From Chitinophagaceae bacterium (GTDB lineage Bacteria > Bacteroidota > Bacteroidia > Chitinophagales > UBA10324): a stretch of 64,000 bases of DNA. The notes under the pieces are model-generated. The model was not told the origin of the DNA, made no database searches, and worked only from the letters and a program-made list of their open reading frames with translations. Position numbers and translations under genes: made by a program. Shown piece by piece: positions 17,507 through 27,482 of the stretch. Numbering within the stretch: position 1 is the first letter of the stretch; every line of letters starts with the position of its first letter. Location of the stretch: NCBI GenBank assembly GCA_947469485.1, contig CANIPU010000008.1, positions 11,463 to 75,462 on the forward strand. Reading direction: 5' to 3'.

Positions 17507-20005
17507 TTGAAAAATTATCTATTCATTTTTATTCTCTCCCTTATAACTCTAAATTCTTTTGCCCAAATTGACGATACTTTAAATGTTGATTATGGAAAAT
17601 CAATTGATTATACAATTGCAGGAATTACTGTTGAAGGAGTTCAGTTTTTGGATAAAGACATTTTAATAACAATTGCTGACTTAAAAATCGGAACAACTAT
17701 TTCAGTTCCCGGAAATCAAATTGCTAAAGCAATTCAGAATTTATGGAAGCAGGGATTATTCGCAAATGTGCAGGTTGTAATAGAAAAAATTGAAGGAGAC
17801 AAAATTTATCTCGCTTATGTTTTGCAGGAAAAGCCGCGGTTAACAGCTTTTACATTTAAAGGAATTAGAAAAGGTGAACAGGATGATTTGCGTGATAAAC
17901 TTTCATTGATAAAAGGGAAAACTGTAACTGATAATTTAGTAATCAGTTCAAACAACATTATTACTGACTTTTATTTAGATAAAGGATTTTTAAATATCAA
18001 GGTAGATATAGTGACAGTAAAGGATACCGCTGCCCCAAATAGCGTTTTAATGTTTATCAATATTGATAAAGGTAAAAGTGTAAAAATTGACAATATTGTT
18101 TTTGAAGGAAATACGAATGTGAAGGCAGGTAGGCTTCATCGGGCTATGAAAAACACAAAGCAAAACCCGTGGTACAGCATTTTTACAACGAGTAAATTCA
18201 TGAAAAAAGATTTTGCTGATGATAAAGTTAATTTAGTTGCAGTCTATAACACCAAAGGTTTCCGCGATGCGATTGTAGTTTCAGATTCAATTACAAAAAA
18301 TGAAAAAGGCAATCTCGATATCTTAATAAAAATTAATGAAGGAAATAAATATTATTTCAGAAATATCACTTTTAGCGGCAATAGCAAATATTCAAGTGGA
18401 AGATTGGATACTATTCTAAGTATAAAACCAGGCGAAGTTTATAACGAAGAATTTCTGAATAAAAGATTGTTTGCAGATCCAAACGGCAACGATATTTCAT
18501 CACTCTATATGGATGACGGTTATTTATTTTTCTCTGCCACCCCTGTTGAAGTTAATGTCGTTAATGATTCTGTTGATTTGGAAATCAGGGTTTATGAAGG
18601 GCCACAGGCTACAATTAACAATATTAATATCAGTGGAAATACAAAAACAGCTGAAAGAGTTATTCGTCGTGTAATCAGAACTTTACCAGGCAATAAATTT
18701 AGCCGCGCTGATGTAATCAGAACTCAAAGAGAAATTGCCACGCTTGGAGTATTTAATCCGGAGGCAATTAAAATTACTCCGGAACCTCATCCGGAAAACG
18801 GAACAGTAGATATTAATTATGAAGTTGAGGAAAAGCCAAGTGATCAGTTTGAATTAAGCGCAGGATATGGAGGGGCTACAGGAATTGTCGGGGCACTTGG
18901 TGTTTCATTCAACAATTTTTCGCTGAGAAATATGTTTGCAAAAGGTGGATGGAGTCCGATTCCTTCCGGCGATTTACAGCGCTTATCAATGCGAGTAAAT
19001 TCAAGTGGTAAAGCATATCAATCCTATAATCTCTCCTTTACCGAACCTTATCTGGGGGGACACAAACCAAATTCATTTTCTGTTGGCGGTGTGCATACGC
19101 GTTATACCAATTACAAGAAAAAAGATGATCCGGATTATGGGGCATTGGTTACAAATGGCGGAACAGTTGGTTATGGAGTTCAGCTAAAATGGCCTGATGA
19201 TTATTTTACATTAATCTCATCATTGGATTATCAGAATTATCAGGTAAATAATTATGCAACTTCATATTTCAGCGGAGTAACCAAAGGAAGTTTTAACAAC
19301 TTAGGCCTTTCAGAAACTTTTTCCCGTAATTCAGTTGACAATCCGCAATTTCCGATGCGGGGTTCAAGTTTTTCGTTAACGGCGAAAATCACACCTCCTT
19401 ATTCACTTTTCAATAAAGAAAAGTTTTCTGATCCGAATCTTGATTATCAAACCAAATTCAAATGGGTTGAATACCATAAATATCGTTTCAATGCCGAATG
19501 GTATACAAGTCCTTTTGGAAAATTTGTAATCAAAACTTCGGCAAAGTTTGGATTTATGGGTTACTACAATAAAAACATCGGCTTGAGTTCGTTTGAGACT
19601 TACTCTTTCGGAGGTGATTTTACTGCTAATTACAACCCAATTCTAGGCCAGGAATCTATTACACTTCGGGGTTATGATCAAAGACCACAAGATCAGACTT
19701 CAACAATCTTTAATAAATTCACTTTTGAACTTCGTTATCCTTTCAGTACTAATCCTTCAACATTTGTTTATGGTCTTATATTCTTAGAGGGTGGAAATGC
19801 ATGGACAAAGTTTAAAGATTATGATCCTTTCCAGTTAAACCGAACCGCTGGACTTGGGTTGCGAGTATTTTTACCTGCTTTTGGACTACTTGGTTTTGAT
19901 TATGGCATTGGCTTTGACAAGAATGTACCTAAACCAAAGAATGTTGGCGAATTTTTCAGCAACTACGGAAAGTTCAACATTATTCTTGGATTTGAACCTG
20001 AATAA
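17507..20005 (+). CDS. bamA: outer-membrane protein assembly factor BamA
   Basis: 832 aa. Signal peptide, five POTRA-like repeats (ITVEGVQFLDKD..., ITFSGNSKYS..., INISGNTKTAERVIRR...) and a C-terminal beta-barrel ending ...FNIILGFEPE. Conserved position after uppS. Confidence 0.9.
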   Translation: MKNYLFIFILSLITLNSFAQIDDTLNVDYGKSIDYTIAGITVEGVQFLDKDILITIADLKIGTTISVPGNQIAKAIQNLWKQGLFANVQVVIEKIEGDKIYLAYVLQEKPRLTAFTFKGIRKGEQDDLRDKLSLIKGKTVTDNLVISSNNIITDFYLDKGFLNIKVDIVTVKDTAAPNSVLMFINIDKGKSVKIDNIVFEGNTNVKAGRLHRAMKNTKQNPWYSIFTTSKFMKKDFADDKVNLVAVYNTKGFRDAIVVSDSITKNEKGNLDILIKINEGNKYYFRNITFSGNSKYSSGRLDTILSIKPGEVYNEEFLNKRLFADPNGNDISSLYMDDGYLFFSATPVEVNVVNDSVDLEIRVYEGPQATINNINISGNTKTAERVIRRVIRTLPGNKFSRADVIRTQREIATLGVFNPEAIKITPEPHPENGTVDINYEVEEKPSDQFELSAGYGGATGIVGALGVSFNNFSLRNMFAKGGWSPIPSGDLQRLSMRVNSSGKAYQSYNLSFTEPYLGGHKPNSFSVGGVHTRYTNYKKKDDPDYGALVTNGGTVGYGVQLKWPDDYFTLISSLDYQNYQVNNYATSYFSGVTKGSFNNLGLSETFSRNSVDNPQFPMRGSSFSLTAKITPPYSLFNKEKFSDPNLDYQTKFKWVEYHKYRFNAEWYTSPFGKFVIKTSAKFGFMGYYNKNIGLSSFETYSFGGDFTANYNPILGQESITLRGYDQRPQDQTSTIFNKFTFELRYPFSTNPSTFVYGLIFLEGGNAWTKFKDYDPFQLNRTAGLGLRVFLPAFGLLGFDYGIGFDKNVPKPKNVGEFFSNYGKFNIILGFEPE

Positions 20006-20031
20006 AATTTCATTTACAAAAAATTTAAACC

Positions 20032-20571
20032 ATGCGTAAAACATTATTTATCTTTTTAACAGTTTTAATGACAGCAGGTGTAGCATCTGCTCAACGATTT
20101 GCTTATGTTGACTCAGATTATATTCTGAATAATGTTCCGGAATATACCGATGCACAAAAGAAATTAGATGATATTTCAAAAGGATTTCAGAAGGAAGTTG
20201 AGGACAAATACAAAGAAATTGATGGATTGTATAAACAATACCAGCAAGATCAGGTTTTGTTGACGGAAGATATGCGCAAAGCCCGCCAGAAAGAAATTGA
20301 AGACAAGGAAAAGGCTGTTAAAGACTTACAAAAAAAACATTTTGGTTCAGAAGGAGATCTTTTTAAAAAGCGTCAGGAATTAATTAAGCCAATACAAGAT
20401 AAAGTGTATGATGCATTATCAAAAGTTTCCACTCAATTAGGATACGATATGGTATTTGATAAAAATGGAGGAACAACAGTTTTGTATTCAAATCCGAAAA
20501 TTGATATCAGTGATAAAGTTATTACCCAAATGGGATACACACCAAAAACAACTACAACAACACCTAAATAA
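20032..20571 (+). CDS. OmpH/Skp periplasmic chaperone
   Basis: 179 aa. Signal peptide, QRFAYVDSDYIL start and a long Lys/Glu coiled-coil tentacle region. Immediately downstream of bamA. Confidence 0.85.
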   Translation: MRKTLFIFLTVLMTAGVASAQRFAYVDSDYILNNVPEYTDAQKKLDDISKGFQKEVEDKYKEIDGLYKQYQQDQVLLTEDMRKARQKEIEDKEKAVKDLQKKHFGSEGDLFKKRQELIKPIQDKVYDALSKVSTQLGYDMVFDKNGGTTVLYSNPKIDISDKVITQMGYTPKTTTTTPK

Positions 20572-20586
20572 ATAATCCGATTATTT

Positions 20587-21120
20587 TTGCCCACCATACT
20601 AAAAAACAACATGACTAAAACTATTTCTCGAATTGCAATTGCCCTGTTACTGGTTTTGAGTTTCTCGACTACTCAGGCACAAAAGTTTGGACACATTAAT
20701 TCTTCAGAATTATTACAAATGATGCCTGAAGTTAAAAAGGCTGATTCTTCTTTGCAGGTTTATCAGAAAGGCCTTGAAGATTTAAACGAAAGTATGACTA
20801 AGGAATACAGCTCAAAGCTTGCAGATTATCAAACAAACGGATCAACCTGGACACCTGAAAAAATACAGGTAAAAGAACAAGAACTTGGAGATTTGGAACA
20901 AAGAATCCAGAAATTTCAGGGTGATGCACAGGATAAATTCGCATCTAAAAAAGACGAACTTTATACTCCTATTTTAAAGAAAGCAGAAGACGCAATTAAA
21001 GCTGTTGCAAAAGATAATAGCTATTCGTATGTATTTGATACAAGTGTTGGAGCTGTTATATATGCGCAGGATACTGATAATGTAATGGAACTGGTAAAAA
21101 AGAAGTTAGGTCTTAAATAA
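20587..21120 (+). CDS. OmpH/Skp periplasmic chaperone (second copy)
   Basis: Probable true start is ATG 20611 (MTKTISRIAIALLLV). Contains QKFGHINSSELL and a coiled-coil region. Tandem with the first skp. Confidence 0.85.
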   Translation: MPTILKNNMTKTISRIAIALLLVLSFSTTQAQKFGHINSSELLQMMPEVKKADSSLQVYQKGLEDLNESMTKEYSSKLADYQTNGSTWTPEKIQVKEQELGDLEQRIQKFQGDAQDKFASKKDELYTPILKKAEDAIKAVAKDNSYSYVFDTSVGAVIYAQDTDNVMELVKKKLGLK

Positions 21121-21126
21121 ATTCTT

Positions 21127-21942
21127 TTGTTGAATCCTCAACAACCGATTGGAATTTTTGATTCAGGTATTGGCGGCCTTACGGTCGCCAATGCTGTTTC
21201 TAAGGCATTGCCTGAAGAAGAAATAATATACTTTGGCGATACTGCTCATCTTCCATATGGAGATAAATCATTGGAAGCAATACAAGGTTATTCAATGAAA
21301 ATTGCAGATTTTCTTTTGCAAAAAAATTGCAAACTAATTTTAATTGCCTGCAATACTGCATCAGCTGCTGCATATGATACGCTTAAAGAACACATTGGCG
21401 ACAAAGCACTTTTAATGAATGTAATTGACCCAATGGTAGAAGCAATTGCGAATGACGCTTCAATAAAAAAACTTGGTATAATAGGAACTAAAGGCACTAT
21501 TTCTTCCGGGATTTATGAAAAAAAGTTGAAAGCGCTTCGCCCGTCTTTAGAACCCTCATCACTCGCAACATCTTTGCTGGCATCAATGATTGAGGCTGGT
21601 TTTTATAATAACAGTGTTAGCCAGGCAATAATTAATTCATATCTGGCTTATCCTGATTTTCAGGATGTTGATGGAATGGTGCTAGCATGTACGCATTACC
21701 CATTAATAAGAAAAGAGATAGAATTTTTTTATCACAACCGAATAAAAGTTTTTGATTCGACAGATATTATAGCCTCTTCTGTACAGAAGGTTTTGGCACA
21801 AAATAATTTGCTGAATAAATCAAAAAAACAAAAACATCATTTTTATATATCTGATTTCACTGCTGGTTTTGAAACAACTGCGCGAATTTTCTTCAATGAA
21901 GAAATAGTTCTGGAACATTATCCTTTATGGGATAAAAATTAA
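21127..21942 (+). CDS. murI: glutamate racemase
   Basis: Contains IGIFDSGIGGLTV, LILIACNTASA and LACTHYPL, the two catalytic Cys motifs. TTG start is required to retain the N-terminal motif. Confidence 0.92.
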   Translation: MLNPQQPIGIFDSGIGGLTVANAVSKALPEEEIIYFGDTAHLPYGDKSLEAIQGYSMKIADFLLQKNCKLILIACNTASAAAYDTLKEHIGDKALLMNVIDPMVEAIANDASIKKLGIIGTKGTISSGIYEKKLKALRPSLEPSSLATSLLASMIEAGFYNNSVSQAIINSYLAYPDFQDVDGMVLACTHYPLIRKEIEFFYHNRIKVFDSTDIIASSVQKVLAQNNLLNKSKKQKHHFYISDFTAGFETTARIFFNEEIVLEHYPLWDKN

Positions 21943-22013
21943 TTGCGCATTCTCAAATTTGATTGTTAAAACATTTCCATTCGCCAAATGTTGAATACAA
22001 GTAATTTTGCTTT

Positions 22014-23678
22014 GTGATTAAGATATTCTCAATAGCAGCGTTAACACTTTTTTCTTTTCAATTTTCTCAGACTGTTGCCCAGGTGAGTTGGATGAAAACA
22101 TATGGATCACATGATGCAGATGAAGGAGTAAATGTTGTTTGTGACGCAAGCGGGAATGTTTATCTGGTTTCATCTTTCAGGAATGTAATGACTATGGATA
22201 CATTCCAGTTAAATTATGTTGGGAATCAGGATGGCGTTATATCAAAGATTGATTCATCAGGAAAAATTTTGTGGTCAAAAAGCTTTGGAGGAATTTATGA
22301 TGATAAACCAACTGCACTTTCTCTTTCCCGTGACGGGTACTTAATAGTAGGCGGAAACATTTATGATAGTTGTCAGTTTGGAAATAGTACTGTGTATGGA
22401 AGAGGTTATACTGATGCCTTTGTAGCAAAAATTGATACTTCAAACGGTAATGTTATTTGGGTGAAAACAGCCGGCAGTGCCTATGGATATGAAGAGGCCA
22501 ATAGTGTATGCGTTGATAGCATGAACAATATCTGGATAGGTGGAAGTTTTATGAATATGTTAATTGCAGAAAATGATACACTGCTAAGCAATGGTTCTGT
22601 TGATTTTTTTATTCTTAAGTATGATTCAAATGGAAATTTATTGCAATCAAAATCTTTTGGAAGTATTGGAGTAGATAATATTTCTTCCATCAGTTGTGAT
22701 GCTTTAAGTAATATTTATTTCTGCGGAGTATTTTCCGATACTATGCAAATCGGAAATTACACAGTTGCTTCTGTAGGATTGTTGGATGTGTTTTGGGCAA
22801 AAATGAATGTTAGTGGAAATATTATTTGGGTGAAACAAGCAGGAGGTGCGAATACTGAAAATGTATCATGTATCAGAGCATTCAGAGATGGAAGTTATTA
22901 CATGAGTGGATGGGTGCAGGATACCGCATGGCTTGATGGTCAGCTGTTGGTTGGCGGAGAAGGAGATATTTTTTTAGTTAGTTATGATATAACCAATCAA
23001 CTTAACTGGTTAAAGGAAGGATATAATTTGAATGCGAATGAACTTGCACGGAGTATTACACTTGATAAGTATAACAATGTTTATCTGGCAGGTCAATCGA
23101 ATTTTGTGATTCAGCGATTAGAAGATACGGGTGGAAGAATGGAGTCATCAGAAAAAGCATGCCCTTTCGGTGATTTGGTTTTTCTAAAATATGACACGAC
23201 TGGGACAATGCTTTGGATGGAGCATACACTTGGAACCAATTTTAATATTGCTAATGGTATCTCGATAGATAATCTTGGAAATTGTTTCGTCACAGGTTAT
23301 TATACCGATAGCATCTGGCTCGGATCATTTTTACAAACCGCTCTTGAAGGAAGTGATATTTTATTATTCCGTTTTCATGACCAGACTTTTAATTTGTACA
23401 ATGGGATAAATAATAATGTACTTAATGATTTGAACGCAAATGTTTATCCCAATCCATCTGACGGAGACTTTTATGTAAACATTTTTTCAGATAAGAGCAG
23501 AAGATCTTGCTCGGTAAAAATGTATTCGATGCAGGGAGTAAAGATGAGTGAATGGAAAATTTATCTTGAGGAAGGAATGAATGTTTTGCAATTTAATTCC
23601 GATGCATCTCCCGGAATGTATATGTTGTCACTTGAAGCGGGTAATGAGCATGCACGATTGAAACTGATAATGCATTAA
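22014..23678 (+). CDS. SBBP-type beta-propeller repeat protein with T9SS type A sorting domain, 554 aa
   Basis: GTG start with signal peptide. Has repeated D(A/S)xGN(V/I)Y(L/I)xGxF blades. Ends in YPNPSDGDFYV...GMYMLSL...LKLIMH. Confidence 0.7.
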   Translation: MIKIFSIAALTLFSFQFSQTVAQVSWMKTYGSHDADEGVNVVCDASGNVYLVSSFRNVMTMDTFQLNYVGNQDGVISKIDSSGKILWSKSFGGIYDDKPTALSLSRDGYLIVGGNIYDSCQFGNSTVYGRGYTDAFVAKIDTSNGNVIWVKTAGSAYGYEEANSVCVDSMNNIWIGGSFMNMLIAENDTLLSNGSVDFFILKYDSNGNLLQSKSFGSIGVDNISSISCDALSNIYFCGVFSDTMQIGNYTVASVGLLDVFWAKMNVSGNIIWVKQAGGANTENVSCIRAFRDGSYYMSGWVQDTAWLDGQLLVGGEGDIFLVSYDITNQLNWLKEGYNLNANELARSITLDKYNNVYLAGQSNFVIQRLEDTGGRMESSEKACPFGDLVFLKYDTTGTMLWMEHTLGTNFNIANGISIDNLGNCFVTGYYTDSIWLGSFLQTALEGSDILLFRFHDQTFNLYNGINNNVLNDLNANVYPNPSDGDFYVNIFSDKSRRSCSVKMYSMQGVKMSEWKIYLEEGMNVLQFNSDASPGMYMLSLEAGNEHARLKLIMH

Positions 23679-23697
23679 GATTTATTTTCTGAATAAA

Positions 23698-24486
23698 TCA
23701 AATAGAAATTTTTCCGTTCGCAACCACCTCATCATAATTAGGTGTTGCACTTCCTCCTTGTTTTTCAATGGTAATGGCAAACACATCTGCTTCTGATGCT
23801 GGCCTTAATTTTATTAATCCTAATTTGCTATTGAAAGTGCCGGCATCAATAATTTTGTCATCCATCATTGCCCATAATTGATACCTTAAGCTGTCAGGCA
23901 ACTGAGGAAGATTTCCAGAGTCGAGCATAATATTCTTTGTTTCCATATCATAATAAACCAACACTTCCATACCGGGGTGTTTTTCAGTTCCGCTTAATTT
24001 TACTTTCATCGTATGCATGCCATTAATCATATTCATCTCATCTGTCAAATGTGATTGATTGGCAATTACCAGATTCATGTTTTTGTTAAGCGTATCATAT
24101 TGTGTTTGTAATAATGACAATTGATTTTCAGCCGAATTAAGTTTTCCGGCAAAATAAAAAGCAGCGAAACTGCTTAACATCAATAAAACAACCGAGGCCG
24201 CAACAGCATATTGATAAAACCGGGTATTGTTATGATTAACTGAAATAGCTTCTGATTTTAAATTTCCGAATAGCTCTTTCTGTATTTTTTCTTTGATTTC
24301 AGTTGGGGGTGTTATAGCATGCAACATTGAATGTTTTTCAAGTGAAAGCTGAATAGCGTTTAATTCAGCTGCAACTTCCGGAAATTTTTTTGCCATAAGT
24401 TCCACTTCGTCGCGTTCGTTTTTATCGAGCGCACCTGATGCATACAGTTCCAGTATTCCTGATTCTATGAATTCTTTTGCTTCCAC
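23698..24486 (-). CDS. anti-sigma factor (RskA-like)
   Basis: 262 aa. N-terminal ELYASGAL...E...E helix, one TM helix (YAVAASVVLLMLSSFAAFYFA) and a C-terminal YQLWAMMDDKIIDAG...ITIEKQGGSATP domain typical of anti-sigma-K/RskA. Separated by 1 nt from the sigma factor gene. Confidence 0.7.
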   Translation of the reverse strand: MEAKEFIESGILELYASGALDKNERDEVELMAKKFPEVAAELNAIQLSLEKHSMLHAITPPTEIKEKIQKELFGNLKSEAISVNHNNTRFYQYAVAASVVLLMLSSFAAFYFAGKLNSAENQLSLLQTQYDTLNKNMNLVIANQSHLTDEMNMINGMHTMKVKLSGTEKHPGMEVLVYYDMETKNIMLDSGNLPQLPDSLRYQLWAMMDDKIIDAGTFNSKLGLIKLRPASEADVFAITIEKQGGSATPNYDEVVANGKISI

Positions 24487-24487
24487 T

Positions 24488-25027
24488 TTATTTTGTCAAT
24501 TCTCTTAATTGAATAATAGCATTTCGCATTCTTGTTTTCACTGTTCCCAATGGTATTTGTAATTCTTCGGCAGTTTCGGCTTGAGTATAACCTTTGAAGT
24601 AAATGAGATTAAGAATTACACTGAATTCGGGTTTCATTTTTTGAACCAATTGTTTCAGCCCAATGTGTTCTGGTCTAAAATTTGTTTGTAATTTTCTGTC
24701 AATGTGACTTACGGAAGTATCCAGATTTAGGTTTTTACTATCTTGTTTAAAATATTTGGAACGCAACTTATCAATAGCAAGATTGCGGGCAATATTTATC
24801 ATCCATGTAAAGATTCTTCCTTTTGATGAATCGTACATTGAAAAATTTTTCCAGATTTTAACGAACGATTCCTGCAAAACATCAGCTGCTGCTTCTTCAT
24901 CTTCAACTATCCTCAATATCAAACCATAAATTGCGGCGCTGTAATTTTCATACAGGTAAGTGAATGAAGATTGTTCTCCTGTTCGAAGTAAAAGAATTAA
25001 TTCATCTTCCGGAATTTTTTTTGTCAT
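24488..25027 (-). CDS. ECF-type RNA polymerase sigma-70 family factor
   Basis: 179 aa. Region 2 (AADVLQESFVKIWKN...IFTWMINIARNLAIDKLR) and region 4 HTH (GYTQAETAEELQIPLGTVKTRMRNAI). Confidence 0.88.
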   Translation of the reverse strand: MTKKIPEDELILLLRTGEQSSFTYLYENYSAAIYGLILRIVEDEEAAADVLQESFVKIWKNFSMYDSSKGRIFTWMINIARNLAIDKLRSKYFKQDSKNLNLDTSVSHIDRKLQTNFRPEHIGLKQLVQKMKPEFSVILNLIYFKGYTQAETAEELQIPLGTVKTRMRNAIIQLRELTK

Positions 25028-25171
25028 TAGATAAGCAAAGCGAATATCTGCACGAAAGATAGATATAGTGAATTAATTAAGGCAAAATATGATGCAATAT
25101 TGGAAGAGTGAAAATATTTCTCAATTACTTGTTAAGTTGCATCCATTATATTTCGTCACCAAATTAATTGA

Positions 25172-26710
25172 ATGCCGCTACTAGGTTCATTAATAAAAAG
25201 ATTTATTAAAGCCCGTTCAATGGTTAAACTGCGTCGCAGTTCGGCATTGGCAAAACAAAATCGGGTGCTTCGTAAATTATTGCGAAAAGCAGAGTTTACT
25301 GAATTTGGAAAACACTATCATTTCACGAGGATACTATCATCAGAAAACCAGATTGAAAGTTTTAGAACAACAATTAAAACTTACAACTATAATTCAATTT
25401 ATAATGAATGGTGGTATCGGTTGATGCGCGAAGAAGAAAATATATGTTGGCCTGGTAAAACAAAATATTTCGCATTAAGCAGCGGTACTTCAGAATCTGC
25501 CAGTAAGCATATACCTGTAACCAAAGAAATGATTCATGCAATACAGCGTGGAAGTATTCGACAGATTTTGTCGCTTGCAAATTATGAATTGGAGGCTGAT
25601 ACTTTTGAAAAGGGAATTTTAATGTTGGGTGGAAGTACCAAACTTGATAGAAAAGGCAGGTATTATGAAGGGGATTTAAGCGGAATTAGTGCAGCTAAAC
25701 TTCCTTTCTGGTTTCATCGATTTTATAAACCTGGAAAAAAAATATCAGAAGAAAAAGATTGGGAAAAAAAACTGGATGAGATTGCTGAACTCGCTCCGAA
25801 TTGGGATGTTGCTTTCATTGTAGGTGTTCCGGCCTGGATACAAATTATGGTTGAAAGGATTATTGCAAGGCATCAACTTAAAACCATTCATGATGTTTGG
25901 CCTAATTTAATTTGTTATGTACATGGCGGAGTTTCATTTGAACCTTACCGTCGATCATTTGAAAAATTATTTGCACGACCTATCGCTTATGTTGATAGTT
26001 ATCTGGCATCAGAAGGTTTCATTGCTTTTCAAACCAATCCGAATACAAGAGCAATGAAATTAATTACCGACAATGGTATTTTTTTTGAATTTGTTCCTTT
26101 TGATGAAAATAATTTTGATGCGAATGGCGAACTTATTAATGGCGCAAAAACATTGCACATTGGCGAAGTAAAAGAAAATGCTCCTTATGCATTACTAATG
26201 TCAACTTGTGCTGGTGCCTGGCGTTATCTGATTGGTGATGTGGTGAAATTTACTTCGTTAAAAGAAACAGAGATTGTTATTGTTGGCCGTACCAAACATT
26301 ATTTGAATTTATGTGGTGAACATTTGTCAGTTGAGAATATGAATCAGGCAATTGAAATGTGTTCTGAAAAATTCAAAACTTCGATTCGTGAATTTTGTGT
26401 TTCAGGAATTCCGCATTCAAAAATGTTTGCCCATCACTGGTATGTTGGTTGTGATGAAAAAATTAATAACGAAGAGTTTCGTGTGGCATTAGATAATAAT
26501 CTGAAAAAGGTAAACGATGATTATGCGGTTGAAAGAATTGCCGCTTTAAATGAAGTAATAGTTGATGTTATTCCTACCTCGTTATTTTATAAGTGGATGG
26601 AACTGCATGGTAAATCAGGTGGGCAAAATAAATTTCCACGCGTGATGAAAGGCAGCCAATATGATGATTGGAAAAAATTTGTTGAAACTGAAATGAAAAC
26701 AATGAACTGA
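25172..26710 (+). CDS. GH3-family adenylating enzyme (acyl-acid amido synthetase-like)
   Basis: 512 aa. The three GH3/ANL nucleotide-binding motifs are intact: LSSGTSESASKHIP, SYLASEG and WRYLIGDVV. Confidence 0.8.
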   Translation: MPLLGSLIKRFIKARSMVKLRRSSALAKQNRVLRKLLRKAEFTEFGKHYHFTRILSSENQIESFRTTIKTYNYNSIYNEWWYRLMREEENICWPGKTKYFALSSGTSESASKHIPVTKEMIHAIQRGSIRQILSLANYELEADTFEKGILMLGGSTKLDRKGRYYEGDLSGISAAKLPFWFHRFYKPGKKISEEKDWEKKLDEIAELAPNWDVAFIVGVPAWIQIMVERIIARHQLKTIHDVWPNLICYVHGGVSFEPYRRSFEKLFARPIAYVDSYLASEGFIAFQTNPNTRAMKLITDNGIFFEFVPFDENNFDANGELINGAKTLHIGEVKENAPYALLMSTCAGAWRYLIGDVVKFTSLKETEIVIVGRTKHYLNLCGEHLSVENMNQAIEMCSEKFKTSIREFCVSGIPHSKMFAHHWYVGCDEKINNEEFRVALDNNLKKVNDDYAVERIAALNEVIVDVIPTSLFYKWMELHGKSGGQNKFPRVMKGSQYDDWKKFVETEMKTMN

Positions 26711-26712
26711 AT

Positions 26713-27351
26713 ATGATTGCAGGAGTATCGGCATTTTATCACGGAATGTTGCTTGGAATGGTTTTTTTGGTTTCGTTCGGTCCGGTTTTTTTCGCACTAA
26801 TTGAAACAAGTATCAATCGTGGTTTTTGGGCAGCTGCAAGTATCGCACTTGGCACTATGGTTTCTGATGCATCTTATATTATGCTTTCTTTTTTTGGTGT
26901 AACAACATTTTTAGAAAGAAACGAAATAAGATTCTGGATAGGTATAGTTGGTGGAATAATTTTAATAATCATTGGAATTTTAACATTTTTTAAAAAACCG
27001 AAAATTGAAAAAGTGCAACTCATATCTCCGAACGGATTTGGTTATGTTACCTATGCAATGAAAGGGTTTCTGATAAATACACTTAATCCGTTTGTGTTTA
27101 TTTTCTGGCTGAGTACTATGAGTATTGTTTCAGTTGAGTACCAAACTTCGTATGCTGATCGCTTAATATTTTTTGCAGGAACACTATTTATTATTTTTTC
27201 TTCAGATTTGGGAAAAGCCTTTGTTGCAAACAAGATAAAACTTCTGCTCAACGAACGGCTAATGACCTGGTTCAACCGAATTGCAGGATGTGTAATGCTT
27301 TACTTTGGGTTGGAGTTAATGTTGAAGGTTTGGAATGGTAAAGGAATATAA
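26713..27351 (+). CDS. LysE-family amino-acid/metabolite exporter
   Basis: 212 aa with 6 TM helices. The N-terminal GMVFLVSFGPVFFALIETS matches the LysE GP...L motif. Starts 2 nt after the GH3 stop. Confidence 0.75.
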   Translation: MIAGVSAFYHGMLLGMVFLVSFGPVFFALIETSINRGFWAAASIALGTMVSDASYIMLSFFGVTTFLERNEIRFWIGIVGGIILIIIGILTFFKKPKIEKVQLISPNGFGYVTYAMKGFLINTLNPFVFIFWLSTMSIVSVEYQTSYADRLIFFAGTLFIIFSSDLGKAFVANKIKLLLNERLMTWFNRIAGCVMLYFGLELMLKVWNGKGI

Positions 27352-27482
27352 AAGTGCAGAAAACTGTTCCTGATTTAAACAGGTTGCCAGAACTTCAAAT
27401 AATAAGAATTACTATTTACTAAAATAATTACAACCTATTAAACCAACTATTTTCACAATTGAAAACAAGCTGATAACTTAGT

